Shown piece by piece: positions 1 to 9,776 of a stretch of 64,000 nucleotides of DNA. The stretch lies in contig JBCNVA010000060.1 of the NCBI GenBank assembly GCA_039630445.1, positions 204 through 64,203 of the forward strand, given 5' to 3'. The notes under the pieces are model-generated. The model made no database searches. It saw only the letters and a list, made by a program, of their open reading frames with translations, and was not told where the DNA came from. A program made the position numbers and the translations under genes. Within the stretch, counting starts at the first letter, position 1; each line of letters opens with the position of its first letter. This stretch comes from Armatimonadota bacterium. GTDB lineage: Bacteria; Armatimonadota; Fimbriimonadia; Fimbriimonadales; GBS-DC.

Positions 1-38
1 TACCTATCGGCGCTAATCGGCATCTTTAAGCGTTCTGA

Positions 39-1361
<1,323 letters not shown>

Positions 1362-1371
1362 CCAGTCTCCC

Positions 1372-1794
1372 TCACTGGTTGCGATGCTTCAGCTGGGGGC
1401 GTTCCTCAAAATAGAGGATATTCGTCTCGGAAAAGATCTGGTTGTGCAGCTTTTTGAGTAGGATTTGCGCTTCGGAGGCGAAGCGGAAGGAGCCTGTCAC
1501 CTCGCCCTGCCACACATCTTCAATCACCCAGTCGGGCACGGGCATGTAAACGATCGGTTCGGGAGCGGGCACACGCACCGTGAGGATGGCAGGTCCAAGG
1601 CTCGGCTCGGTAAAGATGAACTCCAAAAGCACGCTTTCGGGGCGATAGTGGGTGGTGCCGATTTGCACAGTGGAGCGTCGCATGCACTCCTTGAGGGTTG
1701 CCGGGTCATATTCACCAATAGGGGGTGCCTGCCCTTGTCGAAGCGCCTCGTAAATCTGCCGGATCTGTTCTCGCACAAACTCGCGCAGTGTCAT
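1372..1794 (-). CDS. hypothetical protein (140 aa)
   Basis: Long ORF. Its ATG overlaps the stop of the upstream reductase gene (ATGA at 1791-1794), suggesting co-translation. No motif recognised. Confidence 0.5.
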   Translation of the reverse strand: MTLREFVREQIRQIYEALRQGQAPPIGEYDPATLKECMRRSTVQIGTTHYRPESVLLEFIFTEPSLGPAILTVRVPAPEPIVYMPVPDWVIEDVWQGEVTGSFRFASEAQILLKKLHNQIFSETNILYFEERPQLKHRNQ

Positions 1795-2513
1795 TCTAAT
1801 CGCCTCCTGTACCGCAGGAACAGCTCGCTACCCTCCAGATAGGCGGAAAGCAACTCAAATTCGGCAATGCGCTCGCGGGGCAGCCCTGCACCGTCCACCA
1901 TCGTGGGTAGGTGCGCGCCGCCCTTCACCTTCGGCGCAAGGGTCAAAAACAGTTCATCGACCATTCCCGCATCGAAAAAGTAGAAGTTCAGGTTGCCTCC
2001 ACCTTCCACCAGCAGGTAGCGTACCTCATAAGCCGTGTGCAGGATGCGCACCACCTCGCGAATATCGACCAATGTCTCGCCCACCAGATGGAGCGTGGCG
2101 ACGCGCTCCAAGGCGAGTTGCCTGTCAGGTGGCAGGTGGGTGGGTGCGAACACTAGGGCGCGGCGCGGATCGGCAAAGAACGAGTGTTCCAGTGGCAAGT
2201 CACCACTGGTGGTCACCACGACGCGATAGAGGTGCGGAGGATAGTTCAAGTGTGGGTCGGCACGCAGCGTGCCCCCGCCAATCATCACCGCATCGGCGTG
2301 CTGCTCCAGCCGATGCATCAGTCGCTGATCCACAGGGCTGCCCAATCCTTTTGCGCTGGAACCCAGCTCGCCCAAAATGAGCTTGCCATCCAGCGTGGTC
2401 ACTGTGTTGGTATAGATATAGGGGCGATCGGGAGGCGGCTCAGGGAACTGCACCTCCTCGTACAGCTGCTCCGGGTCACCTGTCCAACCCGTTCGGTCGA
2501 TGAGCCGAATCAT
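1791..2513 (-). CDS. RibD C-terminal domain / dihydrofolate-reductase-like reductase family protein
   Basis: TNTVTTLDGKL, AVMIGGGTL and LLVEGGGNLNF motifs typical of the RibD_C fold. Start placed at ATG 2513 (GAGGTG 4 nt upstream) rather than the GTG at 2546 used by the ORF track. Confidence 0.7.
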   Translation of the reverse strand: MIRLIDRTGWTGDPEQLYEEVQFPEPPPDRPYIYTNTVTTLDGKLILGELGSSAKGLGSPVDQRLMHRLEQHADAVMIGGGTLRADPHLNYPPHLYRVVVTTSGDLPLEHSFFADPRRALVFAPTHLPPDRQLALERVATLHLVGETLVDIREVVRILHTAYEVRYLLVEGGGNLNFYFFDAGMVDELFLTLAPKVKGGAHLPTMVDGAGLPRERIAEFELLSAYLEGSELFLRYRRRLE

Positions 2514-2593
2514 TATGCACCTCGATTCAAAAAGCCCCCGCTGCACGCAGGCGCAGCAGGGGCAAGGTTGTCGCCTCGGGTCTCTCCGCGCCG

Positions 2594-3544
2594 TTAGCGG
2601 CTGATGCGGCGTGCGCCCGCGTACCGCCGTTTATAATACCCTTCGTTAAGCGAGTCGATGCGCACGCGCCCACGGGAGCTCGAGGCGTGGATAAATTTGC
2701 CGTTGCCGAGATAGATACCCACATGGGAGATTCGGCGTCCGCGCGTGCGGAAAAAGACCAGATCGCCCGGTTTGAGCTGGTCGCGCGGTACGGGCTTGCC
2801 CAAGCGCGCTTGCGCACTCGCGCTGTGGGGAAGGTTCACGCCCACGCTGCGGTAGACATGCAGCGCGAAGCCGGAGCAATCGAAGCCGCGCGAGCTGCTG
2901 CCCCCATAGCGATAGGGGCGTCCCAGATAGCGGCGGGCAATCTCCAGCACGCGCCGCGCCGTTCCAGAGCCATCCGACGCGGACGCCTCGAGCGGGTTCG
3001 CCCGATCCGATAACTCCCGCAATGCGGCTGTCCGCGACGGGTTCCGTCGAGCAAGCTGGCGTCTGGCAGAGCTGGCAGCAGCCAATCGCTTAGGCGGTCG
3101 CGTCGGGCTGAGATACTTTGCCAGCACCCATCCCTCACGCCCATCGACGAGCTGCACGCGGCGCCAGTCGCCCTGACGCCCCAGCACCTTCACCTTTGTC
3201 CAGCGATCGACAATCGTGATGCGCTTTGCGTGCGTGCCTGCACCCTGCCGAATGTTAACGCGATCTTTGTTAATCTCCATCCAGCCTGATGCAGGCAGCA
3301 CGGTTTGAGCCGCAACGGCGCCCTTCACCGGGATACGGATCACATCGCCCGGTTTGAGTTTATGCGGGTTGCGAAGGCGATTGACCTTTAGCAGGTCTGG
3401 CAAACGCAACCCAAACCGATGAGCAATCGCGTAAAGCGAATCGCCCTCCTTCACTGTGTATTCGATAGTTCGCTGCGCCGAGGCGACGACCATCAGGTTC
3501 ACGAGCAGGGCAATCAGCCCTGTGCTGCGTAAGAAAGAACCCAT
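2594..3544 (-). CDS. LysM-SH3b-NlpC/P60 peptidoglycan endopeptidase
   Basis: Signal peptide; LysM (YTVKEGDSLYAIAHRFG..LKPGDVIRIP); SH3b-like (VNIRQGAGTHAKRI..GWVLAKYL); NlpC/P60 core (GFDCSGF .. ISHVGIYLGNGKFIHAS). Confidence 0.9.
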   Translation of the reverse strand: MGSFLRSTGLIALLVNLMVVASAQRTIEYTVKEGDSLYAIAHRFGLRLPDLLKVNRLRNPHKLKPGDVIRIPVKGAVAAQTVLPASGWMEINKDRVNIRQGAGTHAKRITIVDRWTKVKVLGRQGDWRRVQLVDGREGWVLAKYLSPTRPPKRLAAASSARRQLARRNPSRTAALRELSDRANPLEASASDGSGTARRVLEIARRYLGRPYRYGGSSSRGFDCSGFALHVYRSVGVNLPHSASAQARLGKPVPRDQLKPGDLVFFRTRGRRISHVGIYLGNGKFIHASSSRGRVRIDSLNEGYYKRRYAGARRISR

Positions 3545-3603
3545 GCCTGCCCTCCTTGGTATGGTTTCTCGTGCCCTGCGACCTCGGTCGCAAAGCAGGG
3601 GGC

Positions 3604-3612
3604 ATTATACCC
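3604..3612 (-). promoter_or_regulatory. candidate -10 element (GGGTATAAT on minus strand) for the NlpC/P60 gene
   Basis: Plus-strand attataccc. Lies about 60 nt upstream of ATG 3544, followed by the perfect palindrome tgcgacc-tc-ggtcgca (3569-3584) and an AAGGAGGG SD. Member of the recurrent GGTAnnnT motif. Confidence 0.4.
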
Positions 3613-3666
3613 GCTGCGGACCCCCTAAATCAACCCCTCGTGGAGGGCAGGGATATCGTCCGAGCG

Positions 3667-6600
3667 TTACCAGCTGCTAATGCAGATGAAGGGTGACCAG
3701 TAGTAGGGGTGTGCGAAGCGCGGGTCTTGCTTGACAGCGAGGGCGGCTTCGCGCAGGGCGGCTGCAGGCGACTTACCCGCTCGCAACGCCCGATAGTAGT
3801 GGCTCATCAGCATCGCGGTGCTTTCATCGCTCACCTTCCACTGGCTCAGCACCTGCGTGGGCACGCCGCTCACAGTGAGTGCCCAGACCATGCCGATCGC
3901 GCCTTCGCCCGGACGCGCCCGTCCCCGTGCGCTCTCACAGGCAGAAAGCACCACCATCTCCGCGCTCAGCGGAAGCTCCATCAACTCACGCGCAGTGAGG
4001 ATGCCGTCTTCATTCGCGCCTTCGGGTGGCTCCGCCAGCACGACCCCGCTCTGCAGAGGAACCGCATCACTGAAGTAGCCGTGGGTAGCCAGGTGGATGT
4101 ACCGATAGTGCCCAAGCAGGGTTTTCAGCGTCGCCTCCTGCGCCTCGGTTTTCATCAGCACGGTGGCTTCGGGGAACAGCGCCGCGATGTCCTGCACCTC
4201 GCGCTCGGTGCCGGGCAGCGGGGTAATCCGAATACCAAATTCAGCTAACCATTCACCTGTGATGTCGCGTGCACCCGAAGTCAGCGGGCGTGCGCCGGTG
4301 GTCAACGGACGCGCCCCTGTAGTGAGCGGGCGCGCCCCGGTGGTTAGCGGGCGTGCACCAGTGGTCAGTGGACGCCCCCCAGTGGTCAACGGGCGTGCCC
4401 CGGCGGTTAGCGGGCGTGCCCCCGCGGTCAGCGGGCGGGAACCGACGGTTAATGGGCGATCCTGATTTGCCGATGCCAGCGTCAGCATACCAAATTGCGG
4501 GTTGCCAACTGCTAACAGCTCGCGCGTTGGGCGCGGGCGATCCGACGCTGCACGCAGCTCGCGCAACAGCATGGCAACCGTCGCGCTCGGCACATAAATC
4601 AGTTCATATTGCTCTAACAGGAAGCCCTTGTTGTTCAGCAGCGACTGGAACGGCACATCCCAGAGAGAACCGTCAGGGCAGATGATGAGCCGTTTCTTGC
4701 CCGCGAGGCGCGATTCCACGGGCGCAATCAACAGGCGATACATCGCGCGCGCCTCCCGCTCGTAAATCCCGCCAGGCACGGCGCAGGTCAGCACGAACGA
4801 TTCGGTGCGCTCGGCAAGCGGCGTTTCACCCAGCGGGGTCAGATGCGCGCTCAGCTGCGGCTTCCCGCGCTCGTTCGTCAGGCAGAACAGCAGCAGGTAG
4901 CCTGTGCCCGCCCGTGCTGCAGGCTGGAGGTGGAGGTATTCCAGCAGGGCAGTATCGGGCGGCAGGCTCTGCGCGACCTGCTCCAGTGTTGCTGTGCGCA
5001 CCCCCTGCTGGCGCATCAGGAGAGGATAGCGCGCATAGAGGCTGTCGATGAACCGCTGCCAATCACGCTCGGCTTGCTGAGCCACTTCGCGCAGCTGCGC
5101 CACAAGATTCGGATCGGCGTTTGGATTGGCACGCGCGGCTAACAGGTTCTGCGTAGCGCGATCGAGCTGGTAGCGCAGCAGGCGCTCCTGCTCCCGCTCC
5201 TCTGGAGTTAAGTAAGCGGCAAGGTTCACGCGCCCGCTATGGATGAGATCCGTCATCGTGCGTGCTTTGGCTTTTTGGGTGATTTCGAAGGCTTCTGTTA
5301 GCCGATTCAGGCTCAGCAGCAGGCTGATGTAGCGGGCATAGAGCGCCTGGCGGCTCTCCTGAAACGCCATTTTGCCCTCGGTCAGGGCGCCGAGCGCCTC
5401 GCGCATCGCCTCCGCCACTGCAACCGCTTGCTGATAATAGTCCGCCGCTTTGGTCTTCTCCCCACGACTGGCATACACAGCCCCCAGATTGGAGAGGGCG
5501 GTCATCTCGCCGCGGCGGTCGCCCAGCTCGCGATAGAGCGCCAGCGCGTTTTCGAAGCAGCGGATGGCGTCGTCCGTTCGGTTCGCTTCTGCATGCAATA
5601 CACCCAGCTGGATAAGCGCGTTTGCCTGCGCGAGTTTATCGCCCGTGGCCTGGGCAGCCATCAACGCCTGGCGATAGAGCGACTCGGGTTTAGCCAGCTC
5701 CTTGGGCTGAAGGCGTGCTTCGACGGTGGCGAGCGCGGTCAGGGCAGCCGCCTCGCTCCTTTTGTCACCCAGTTCACGGCTCAGGCTGAGTGCCTGCTCA
5801 TAGGCCTTTTTGGCATCCTCGTTCTGGTTGAGCATGGTATAGATGTGTCCGACGCCTAAATGCGCCGCGATGAGTTCCCGACGGTCGTTCCCCTTCTGGC
5901 GTAGCTCCAGCACTTGCAGGTAAAAACCCAGCGCAAGTTCAGGCTGACCCATATCCAGCAGCAGCGCGCCCATCCCCGCTAAGGTGGTTGCCTCACCCTC
6001 CGTATTGTTCAGCTCACGGTAGAGCGCCAGCGACTGTTCATAGGCGGTCAGTGCCTTCTGCCACTGTCCGCTCACATACAGAATGTTGCCGAGATACCGC
6101 AGGGTTTCGGCTTCGCCTGTCTTATTGCCCAGTTCGCGATAGAGAGCAAGTGCCTGCTCAAAATGGTGCTGGGCGGCTTGCAAATCGCGCATGGCGTAAT
6201 AGACCGAGCCGATGCCTTGCAAAGTGGTCGCCACGCCCTCCTTATGCCCCAGTTGCTGGCGCAGCTCCAGCGCCTGCTGATAGGCGTTCAGCGCCTCCTG
6301 GGCTTTGCCCAAGTTGGCGTAGGCGGTGCCGAGGTTGTGCAGCGCGTTCGCCTCGTTCATGCGGTTGCCCAGCTCGCGCCAGAAGCGCAGCGCACTTTGC
6401 AGGTTTTCGAGGGCTTCCTGAGGGCGTTGCATATAAATCTGCGCCACACCCAGATTGTGCAGCGCGCTGGCTTCACCCGCCCGATCATTCAGGGCACGCG
6501 CGCGCTCAATCGCCTGCTGATAGTAAAGGAGCGCCTCCTGCGGGCGATCTTGCTGACGAGCCTCCAGCCCTTTGCGGATCAGAGCCTCCACTTCGGGATG

Positions 6601-6672
6601 GGCGCGTGTCTGCGCAAGCCCCTGAACAAGCAGGAGCACCATCAGTGCGGTACCTGTCATCCACCGTTTCAT
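3667..6672 (-). CDS. secreted TPR-repeat CHAT-domain (caspase-like) protease
   Basis: 1001 aa. Signal peptide MKRWMTGTALMVLLLVQGLAQ; about 10 TPR units (recurrent ..EA..L.NLG..Y...G....A...Y.QAL); C-terminal CHAT domain with catalytic His (HLATHGYF) and Cys (VVLSACESARG). Confidence 0.9.
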   Translation of the reverse strand: MKRWMTGTALMVLLLVQGLAQTRAHPEVEALIRKGLEARQQDRPQEALLYYQQAIERARALNDRAGEASALHNLGVAQIYMQRPQEALENLQSALRFWRELGNRMNEANALHNLGTAYANLGKAQEALNAYQQALELRQQLGHKEGVATTLQGIGSVYYAMRDLQAAQHHFEQALALYRELGNKTGEAETLRYLGNILYVSGQWQKALTAYEQSLALYRELNNTEGEATTLAGMGALLLDMGQPELALGFYLQVLELRQKGNDRRELIAAHLGVGHIYTMLNQNEDAKKAYEQALSLSRELGDKRSEAAALTALATVEARLQPKELAKPESLYRQALMAAQATGDKLAQANALIQLGVLHAEANRTDDAIRCFENALALYRELGDRRGEMTALSNLGAVYASRGEKTKAADYYQQAVAVAEAMREALGALTEGKMAFQESRQALYARYISLLLSLNRLTEAFEITQKAKARTMTDLIHSGRVNLAAYLTPEEREQERLLRYQLDRATQNLLAARANPNADPNLVAQLREVAQQAERDWQRFIDSLYARYPLLMRQQGVRTATLEQVAQSLPPDTALLEYLHLQPAARAGTGYLLLFCLTNERGKPQLSAHLTPLGETPLAERTESFVLTCAVPGGIYEREARAMYRLLIAPVESRLAGKKRLIICPDGSLWDVPFQSLLNNKGFLLEQYELIYVPSATVAMLLRELRAASDRPRPTRELLAVGNPQFGMLTLASANQDRPLTVGSRPLTAGARPLTAGARPLTTGGRPLTTGARPLTTGARPLTTGARPLTTGARPLTSGARDITGEWLAEFGIRITPLPGTEREVQDIAALFPEATVLMKTEAQEATLKTLLGHYRYIHLATHGYFSDAVPLQSGVVLAEPPEGANEDGILTARELMELPLSAEMVVLSACESARGRARPGEGAIGMVWALTVSGVPTQVLSQWKVSDESTAMLMSHYYRALRAGKSPAAALREAALAVKQDPRFAHPYYWSPFICISSW
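4252..4461 (-). repeat. in-frame 21-bp tandem repeat, 9 full units plus 1 degenerate (RPLT-x-G-A heptads), inside the CHAT gene
   Basis: Encodes DRPLTVG SRPLTAG ARPLTAG ARPLTTG GRPLTTG ARPLTTG x3 ARPLTSG ARDITGE. Units are exactly 21 bp (4273-4461 = 9 x 21). Leu codons differ between units (tta, ctg, cta, ttg, ctg, cta, ctc, ttg, ctg). Confidence 0.95.
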
Positions 6673-6742
6673 TCTCTTCCTCCTATATAAAGCAGGGCAG
6701 TTGAACAGGCCACCCCTCGTAGGTAAAGCATGCTACTTATTT

Positions 6743-6750
6743 ATTATACC
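6743..6750 (-). promoter_or_regulatory. candidate -10 element (GGTATAAT on minus strand) for the TPR-CHAT gene
   Basis: Plus-strand attatacc about 70 nt upstream of ATG 6672; a GGAGGAAG SD precedes the start. Confidence 0.35.
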
Positions 6751-6837
6751 ACACCCTTCTGCCCGTTCCTGCTACGGTTGCCCGAACGGGTTATTCTATG
6801 CACTCTGTTTGCATGCAGACCATGCCTCCGCAGGACA

Positions 6838-6845
6838 GGTACACT
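6838..6845 (+). promoter_or_regulatory. candidate -10 element GGTACACT; pdp mRNA probably leaderless
   Basis: Only 7 nt separate the hexamer TACACT (6840-6845) from ATG 6853. This leaves no room for an SD. Confidence 0.45.
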
Positions 6846-6852
6846 CTTCTGT

Positions 6853-8157
6853 ATGCTTGAAATTATCGCAAAGAAGCGAGATGGGGGTGTACTGACCCGC
6901 GCAGAGATCGAGCAGGTGGTGCTGGGCTATGTGCAGGGCGAACTGCCCGACTATCAGGTGGCGGCATGGTTGATGGCGTGCTTTCTGCGCGGGCTGAATG
7001 AGCAGGAGATGCTGGCGCTGACCGAGGTGATGGCGCAATCGGGCGAGCAGTTAGACCTGTCGGCAGTGCCGCCGCCCACCTTAGATAAGCACTCCACAGG
7101 CGGTGTGGGCGATAAGACGAGCCTTGTGGTTGTGCCGCTGCTGGCATCGGCAGGTGTCTCCGTTGCCAAGATGTCGGGGCGCGGACTGGGCTTCACGGGC
7201 GGCACGGTCGATAAGCTGGAATCGATCCCTGGCTACCGCACCGCACTAACCGCGCAGGAGATGATTGTCCAGGTTCAGCGTATCGGCTGCTGCCTCGTGG
7301 GTCAATCGGAGCAGTTGGTGCCAGCCGATAAGAAACTCTATGCCCTGCGCGATGCGACGGCTACCGTCGAAAGCATCCCGCTGATCGCCTCCAGCATTAT
7401 GAGCAAGAAGCTGGCGGGCGGCGCGCAGCACATTATTCTCGATGTGAAAGTGGGCGAGGGCGCGTTTATGACCACCCGTGAGCAGGCACGCGAGCTGGCA
7501 CGCACCTTGATTGCGATCGGCAAGGGGGCGGGGCGCTTGGTGGCAGCGTTAGTGACCGATATGAGCCAGCCGTTGGGCTATACCGTGGGCAACGCGCTGG
7601 AGGTACGCGAAGCCATCGAGACGCTGACGCCCCAGGGACGCGCCCATCCGCGCTTTCGTGAGCTGTGCCTGCGCCTTGCCGCGCTGGGGCTACGCCTGTG
7701 CGGGTTAGTGCCCGACGAACAGGCAGGCTATCGGCACGCCCAGCAGCAGCTCGATAGCGGTGCCGCGCTCGAAAAGTTCCGCCAGCTGGTGGAGGCGCAG
7801 GGCGGCGACCCCCATGTGGTGGACGAGCCGACCCGGTTGCCAACCGCGCCTCTCGTGCAGGAATGGACCGCTCCTGAGGAAGGCTTTATCCAGAAGGTTC
7901 ATCCGCGTCGGATTGCCCTTGCCGCCGTGCAACTGGGTGCTGGACGCCAGAAAAAGGAGGACCCCATCGACCACGCCGTCGGCATCGAGGTGCTTAAGTC
8001 GGTAGGTGACCCTGTGCAACGCGGTGAGCCTGTGCTGCGCATCCATGCCCGCACCGAGACCAGCCTGCAAGCCGTGCTGCCCATGCTGGAGCAGGCGATC
8101 ATTATTAGCCCTCAGCCTGTGCAGCCGATACCCGTTGTGCTGGAGCAAATGGAGTAA
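6853..8157 (+). CDS. pdp: pyrimidine-nucleoside (thymidine) phosphorylase
   Basis: MLEIIAKKRDGG.. N-terminus and LDKHSTGGVGDKTSLVV signature. Start moved from the ORF-track 6730 to ATG 6853, because the 41 upstream codons look non-homologous and the -10 box lies at 6840. Confidence 0.9.
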   Translation: MLEIIAKKRDGGVLTRAEIEQVVLGYVQGELPDYQVAAWLMACFLRGLNEQEMLALTEVMAQSGEQLDLSAVPPPTLDKHSTGGVGDKTSLVVVPLLASAGVSVAKMSGRGLGFTGGTVDKLESIPGYRTALTAQEMIVQVQRIGCCLVGQSEQLVPADKKLYALRDATATVESIPLIASSIMSKKLAGGAQHIILDVKVGEGAFMTTREQARELARTLIAIGKGAGRLVAALVTDMSQPLGYTVGNALEVREAIETLTPQGRAHPRFRELCLRLAALGLRLCGLVPDEQAGYRHAQQQLDSGAALEKFRQLVEAQGGDPHVVDEPTRLPTAPLVQEWTAPEEGFIQKVHPRRIALAAVQLGAGRQKKEDPIDHAVGIEVLKSVGDPVQRGEPVLRIHARTETSLQAVLPMLEQAIIISPQPVQPIPVVLEQME

Positions 8158-8180
8158 TACCAATTGCCATTTCAAGAGCT

Positions 8181-8294
8181 GTCATCGTCGGCGGGGACGC
8201 CGACGCTACGCAGGCGTGTTCATAGCGTCAGTAGGGATGCCGATGCTACGCAGGGCGTGTTCGTAGCGTCGGCGTCTCGCCGACGACATTACAG
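8181..8294. repeat. composite REP-like palindromic element between convergent pdp and mgtE
   Basis: About 26-bp inverted arms (atcgtcggcggggacgccgacgctacg at 8184-8210; gtagcgtcggcgtctcgccgacgacat at 8263-8289). Each arm is itself a hairpin (cgtcggcg-N4-cgccgacg). An internal direct repeat gctacgcagg(g)cgtgttc(a/g)tagcgtc occurs twice. Likely a bidirectional terminator or REP cluster. Confidence 0.7.
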
Positions 8295-8322
8295 CATTTG
8301 CTTTGCCAATTAGTATAAGCCA

Positions 8323-9690
8323 CTACCCGAACAGGATCGCCTTCGCAATCAGGAAGTAGATGAGCAGCCCCGTCGCATCGATCATGGTGGTGATGACGGG
8401 GGCGGACATCACCGCTGGGTCGATGCTGAGCCGTTTGGCAATCAGAGGTAGAGCCGCGCCAATCGTGGTCGCCATCGCAATAATCGCCATCTGCGCCAGC
8501 CCCACCGTGAGCGCCAGCTCGATTCTCAGCTCAAACTCTTTATGAGTCCAGATAAAGGCGTTAACTAAGCCGATTAGTCCAATCATTAATCCGAGCAATA
8601 TCCCCGTCACCATCTCGCGCATCATGACCTTCACCACTTGATTGAGGCGAACCTCTCCTAATGCAAGCGCGCGGGTAATGGTCGTCGTGGTCTGGGAACC
8701 CGCATTTCCGCCCGTGCCAATCAGCAAGGGGATGAACCATGCCAGGGCGGAGACTTTTTGAATTTCCTCATCGTAGGCACGCAGCACGGTGCCCGTCAGG
8801 CGTTCTGCGATAAACAGGATAATTAGCCAGCGCACCCGTTTGCGCACCAGATCCCACGGCGTCTGGCTCAGATACGGCTCCTCCGTGACCTCCACCGCAC
8901 CCAGTTTCAGCACATCCTCGGTGCTCTCGCTGACCAGAATGTCCACCATGTCGTCGATGGTGACGATGCCCAGCATCCGCCCCAGGTCGTCCACGACGGG
9001 AACTGCCAGCAGGTCATACTTGGAGAGCAAGTTCGCCACCGCCTCCTGATCGGTTTCAGGCTTCACGACTACCAGATCGGTCTCCATAATCTGCTCGATG
9101 CGTCGGCTGGGGTCGGCAAGCACCAGCTCGCGCAGGGAGCAAACGCCCACCAGGCGTTGGCGCGTATCAACAGCGTACAGGTAGTAGATGGTTTCGATTT
9201 CAGGACCGACTTGCCGCAGGTAATCGAGGGCTTGCTCCACCGTCCATTCGGGGCGCACACGCACATACTGGCGCACCATCAGGCGTCCTGCAGTGTGAGG
9301 TGGGTATTCGAGCAGTTCGCGCACATCGCGGGCTTCGGGGGGTGCCATCTGCTGCAGGAGCGCCTGCGCTTTCGACTCCTCCAGCTCCTCCAGGATTTGT
9401 GCCGCATCATCGGCAGGCAGGGCTTGCAGCAGGCGTGCCGCCTTGTCCAGCGGGATATGCTCAAAAATATCCTTGACCAGCACAGGCTCCAGATAGTCCA
9501 GCACCTCGGAGGCTTGCTCTTCGGGCATCTGCACCAGCACGAGCGCTTGCTGGGCAGGGTCATCCAGCAGCGTGAGCGCCTCTGCCACATCCTGGGGTGG
9601 GAGATCCTGCACAATCGCTGGGATTAGCCTGTCCGATTCTTGCATCACCTCACGCAGTCGTTCTGCCAGTGCCTCCACGCGCTCCTGCAT
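8323..9690 (-). CDS. mgtE: magnesium transporter MgtE
   Basis: 455 aa; MgtE N-domain, tandem CBS domains, C-terminal channel with GTGGNAGSQT motif; GGAGGTG SD upstream. Confidence 0.95.
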   Translation of the reverse strand: MQERVEALAERLREVMQESDRLIPAIVQDLPPQDVAEALTLLDDPAQQALVLVQMPEEQASEVLDYLEPVLVKDIFEHIPLDKAARLLQALPADDAAQILEELEESKAQALLQQMAPPEARDVRELLEYPPHTAGRLMVRQYVRVRPEWTVEQALDYLRQVGPEIETIYYLYAVDTRQRLVGVCSLRELVLADPSRRIEQIMETDLVVVKPETDQEAVANLLSKYDLLAVPVVDDLGRMLGIVTIDDMVDILVSESTEDVLKLGAVEVTEEPYLSQTPWDLVRKRVRWLIILFIAERLTGTVLRAYDEEIQKVSALAWFIPLLIGTGGNAGSQTTTTITRALALGEVRLNQVVKVMMREMVTGILLGLMIGLIGLVNAFIWTHKEFELRIELALTVGLAQMAIIAMATTIGAALPLIAKRLSIDPAVMSAPVITTMIDATGLLIYFLIAKAILFG

Positions 9691-9729
9691 CGCCTACACC
9701 TCCTGGACGGGGATGGTCGAAACCTGCTA

Positions 9730-9740
9730 AGTATACCCCC
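9730..9740 (-). promoter_or_regulatory. candidate -10 element (GGGGGTATACT on minus strand) for mgtE
   Basis: Plus-strand agtataccccc, about 40 nt upstream of ATG 9690. Confidence 0.4.
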
Positions 9741-9760
9741 TCCGTTCACCCTTTGCTGAA

Positions 9761-9768
9761 GGTATCCT
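9761..9768 (+). promoter_or_regulatory. candidate -10 element GGTATCCT; rarA probably leaderless
   Basis: TATCCT at 9763-9768 lies 8 nt before ATG 9777 and 5 nt before GTG 9774. Confidence 0.4.
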
Positions 9769-9776
9769 TATGAGTG

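Noticed and set aside
3667-6672. TPR-CHAT protein as a type III-E CRISPR Csx29/Craspase component
   Set aside because: There is no gRAMP/Cas7-11, CRISPR array or other cas gene nearby. The protein has a cleavable signal peptide, so it is extracytoplasmic.
5988-6704. 238-aa and 175-aa plus-strand ORFs
   Set aside because: They are antisense to the TPR region of the CHAT gene. TPR-coding DNA commonly leaves the opposite strand open.
6762-6797. Terminator-like hairpin cccgttc-N15-gaacggg followed by ttattct on the plus strand
   Set aside because: No plus-strand gene lies upstream for it to terminate, and it sits upstream of the pdp -10 box. A role as an operator or a minus-strand 5'-UTR element cannot be excluded, but nothing supports a specific call.
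9691-9776. M-box (Mg) riboswitch upstream of mgtE
   Set aside because: Only about 85 bp is available, and about 40 nt lies between the candidate -10 and the ATG. An M-box needs about 160 nt. No conserved M-box segments seen.
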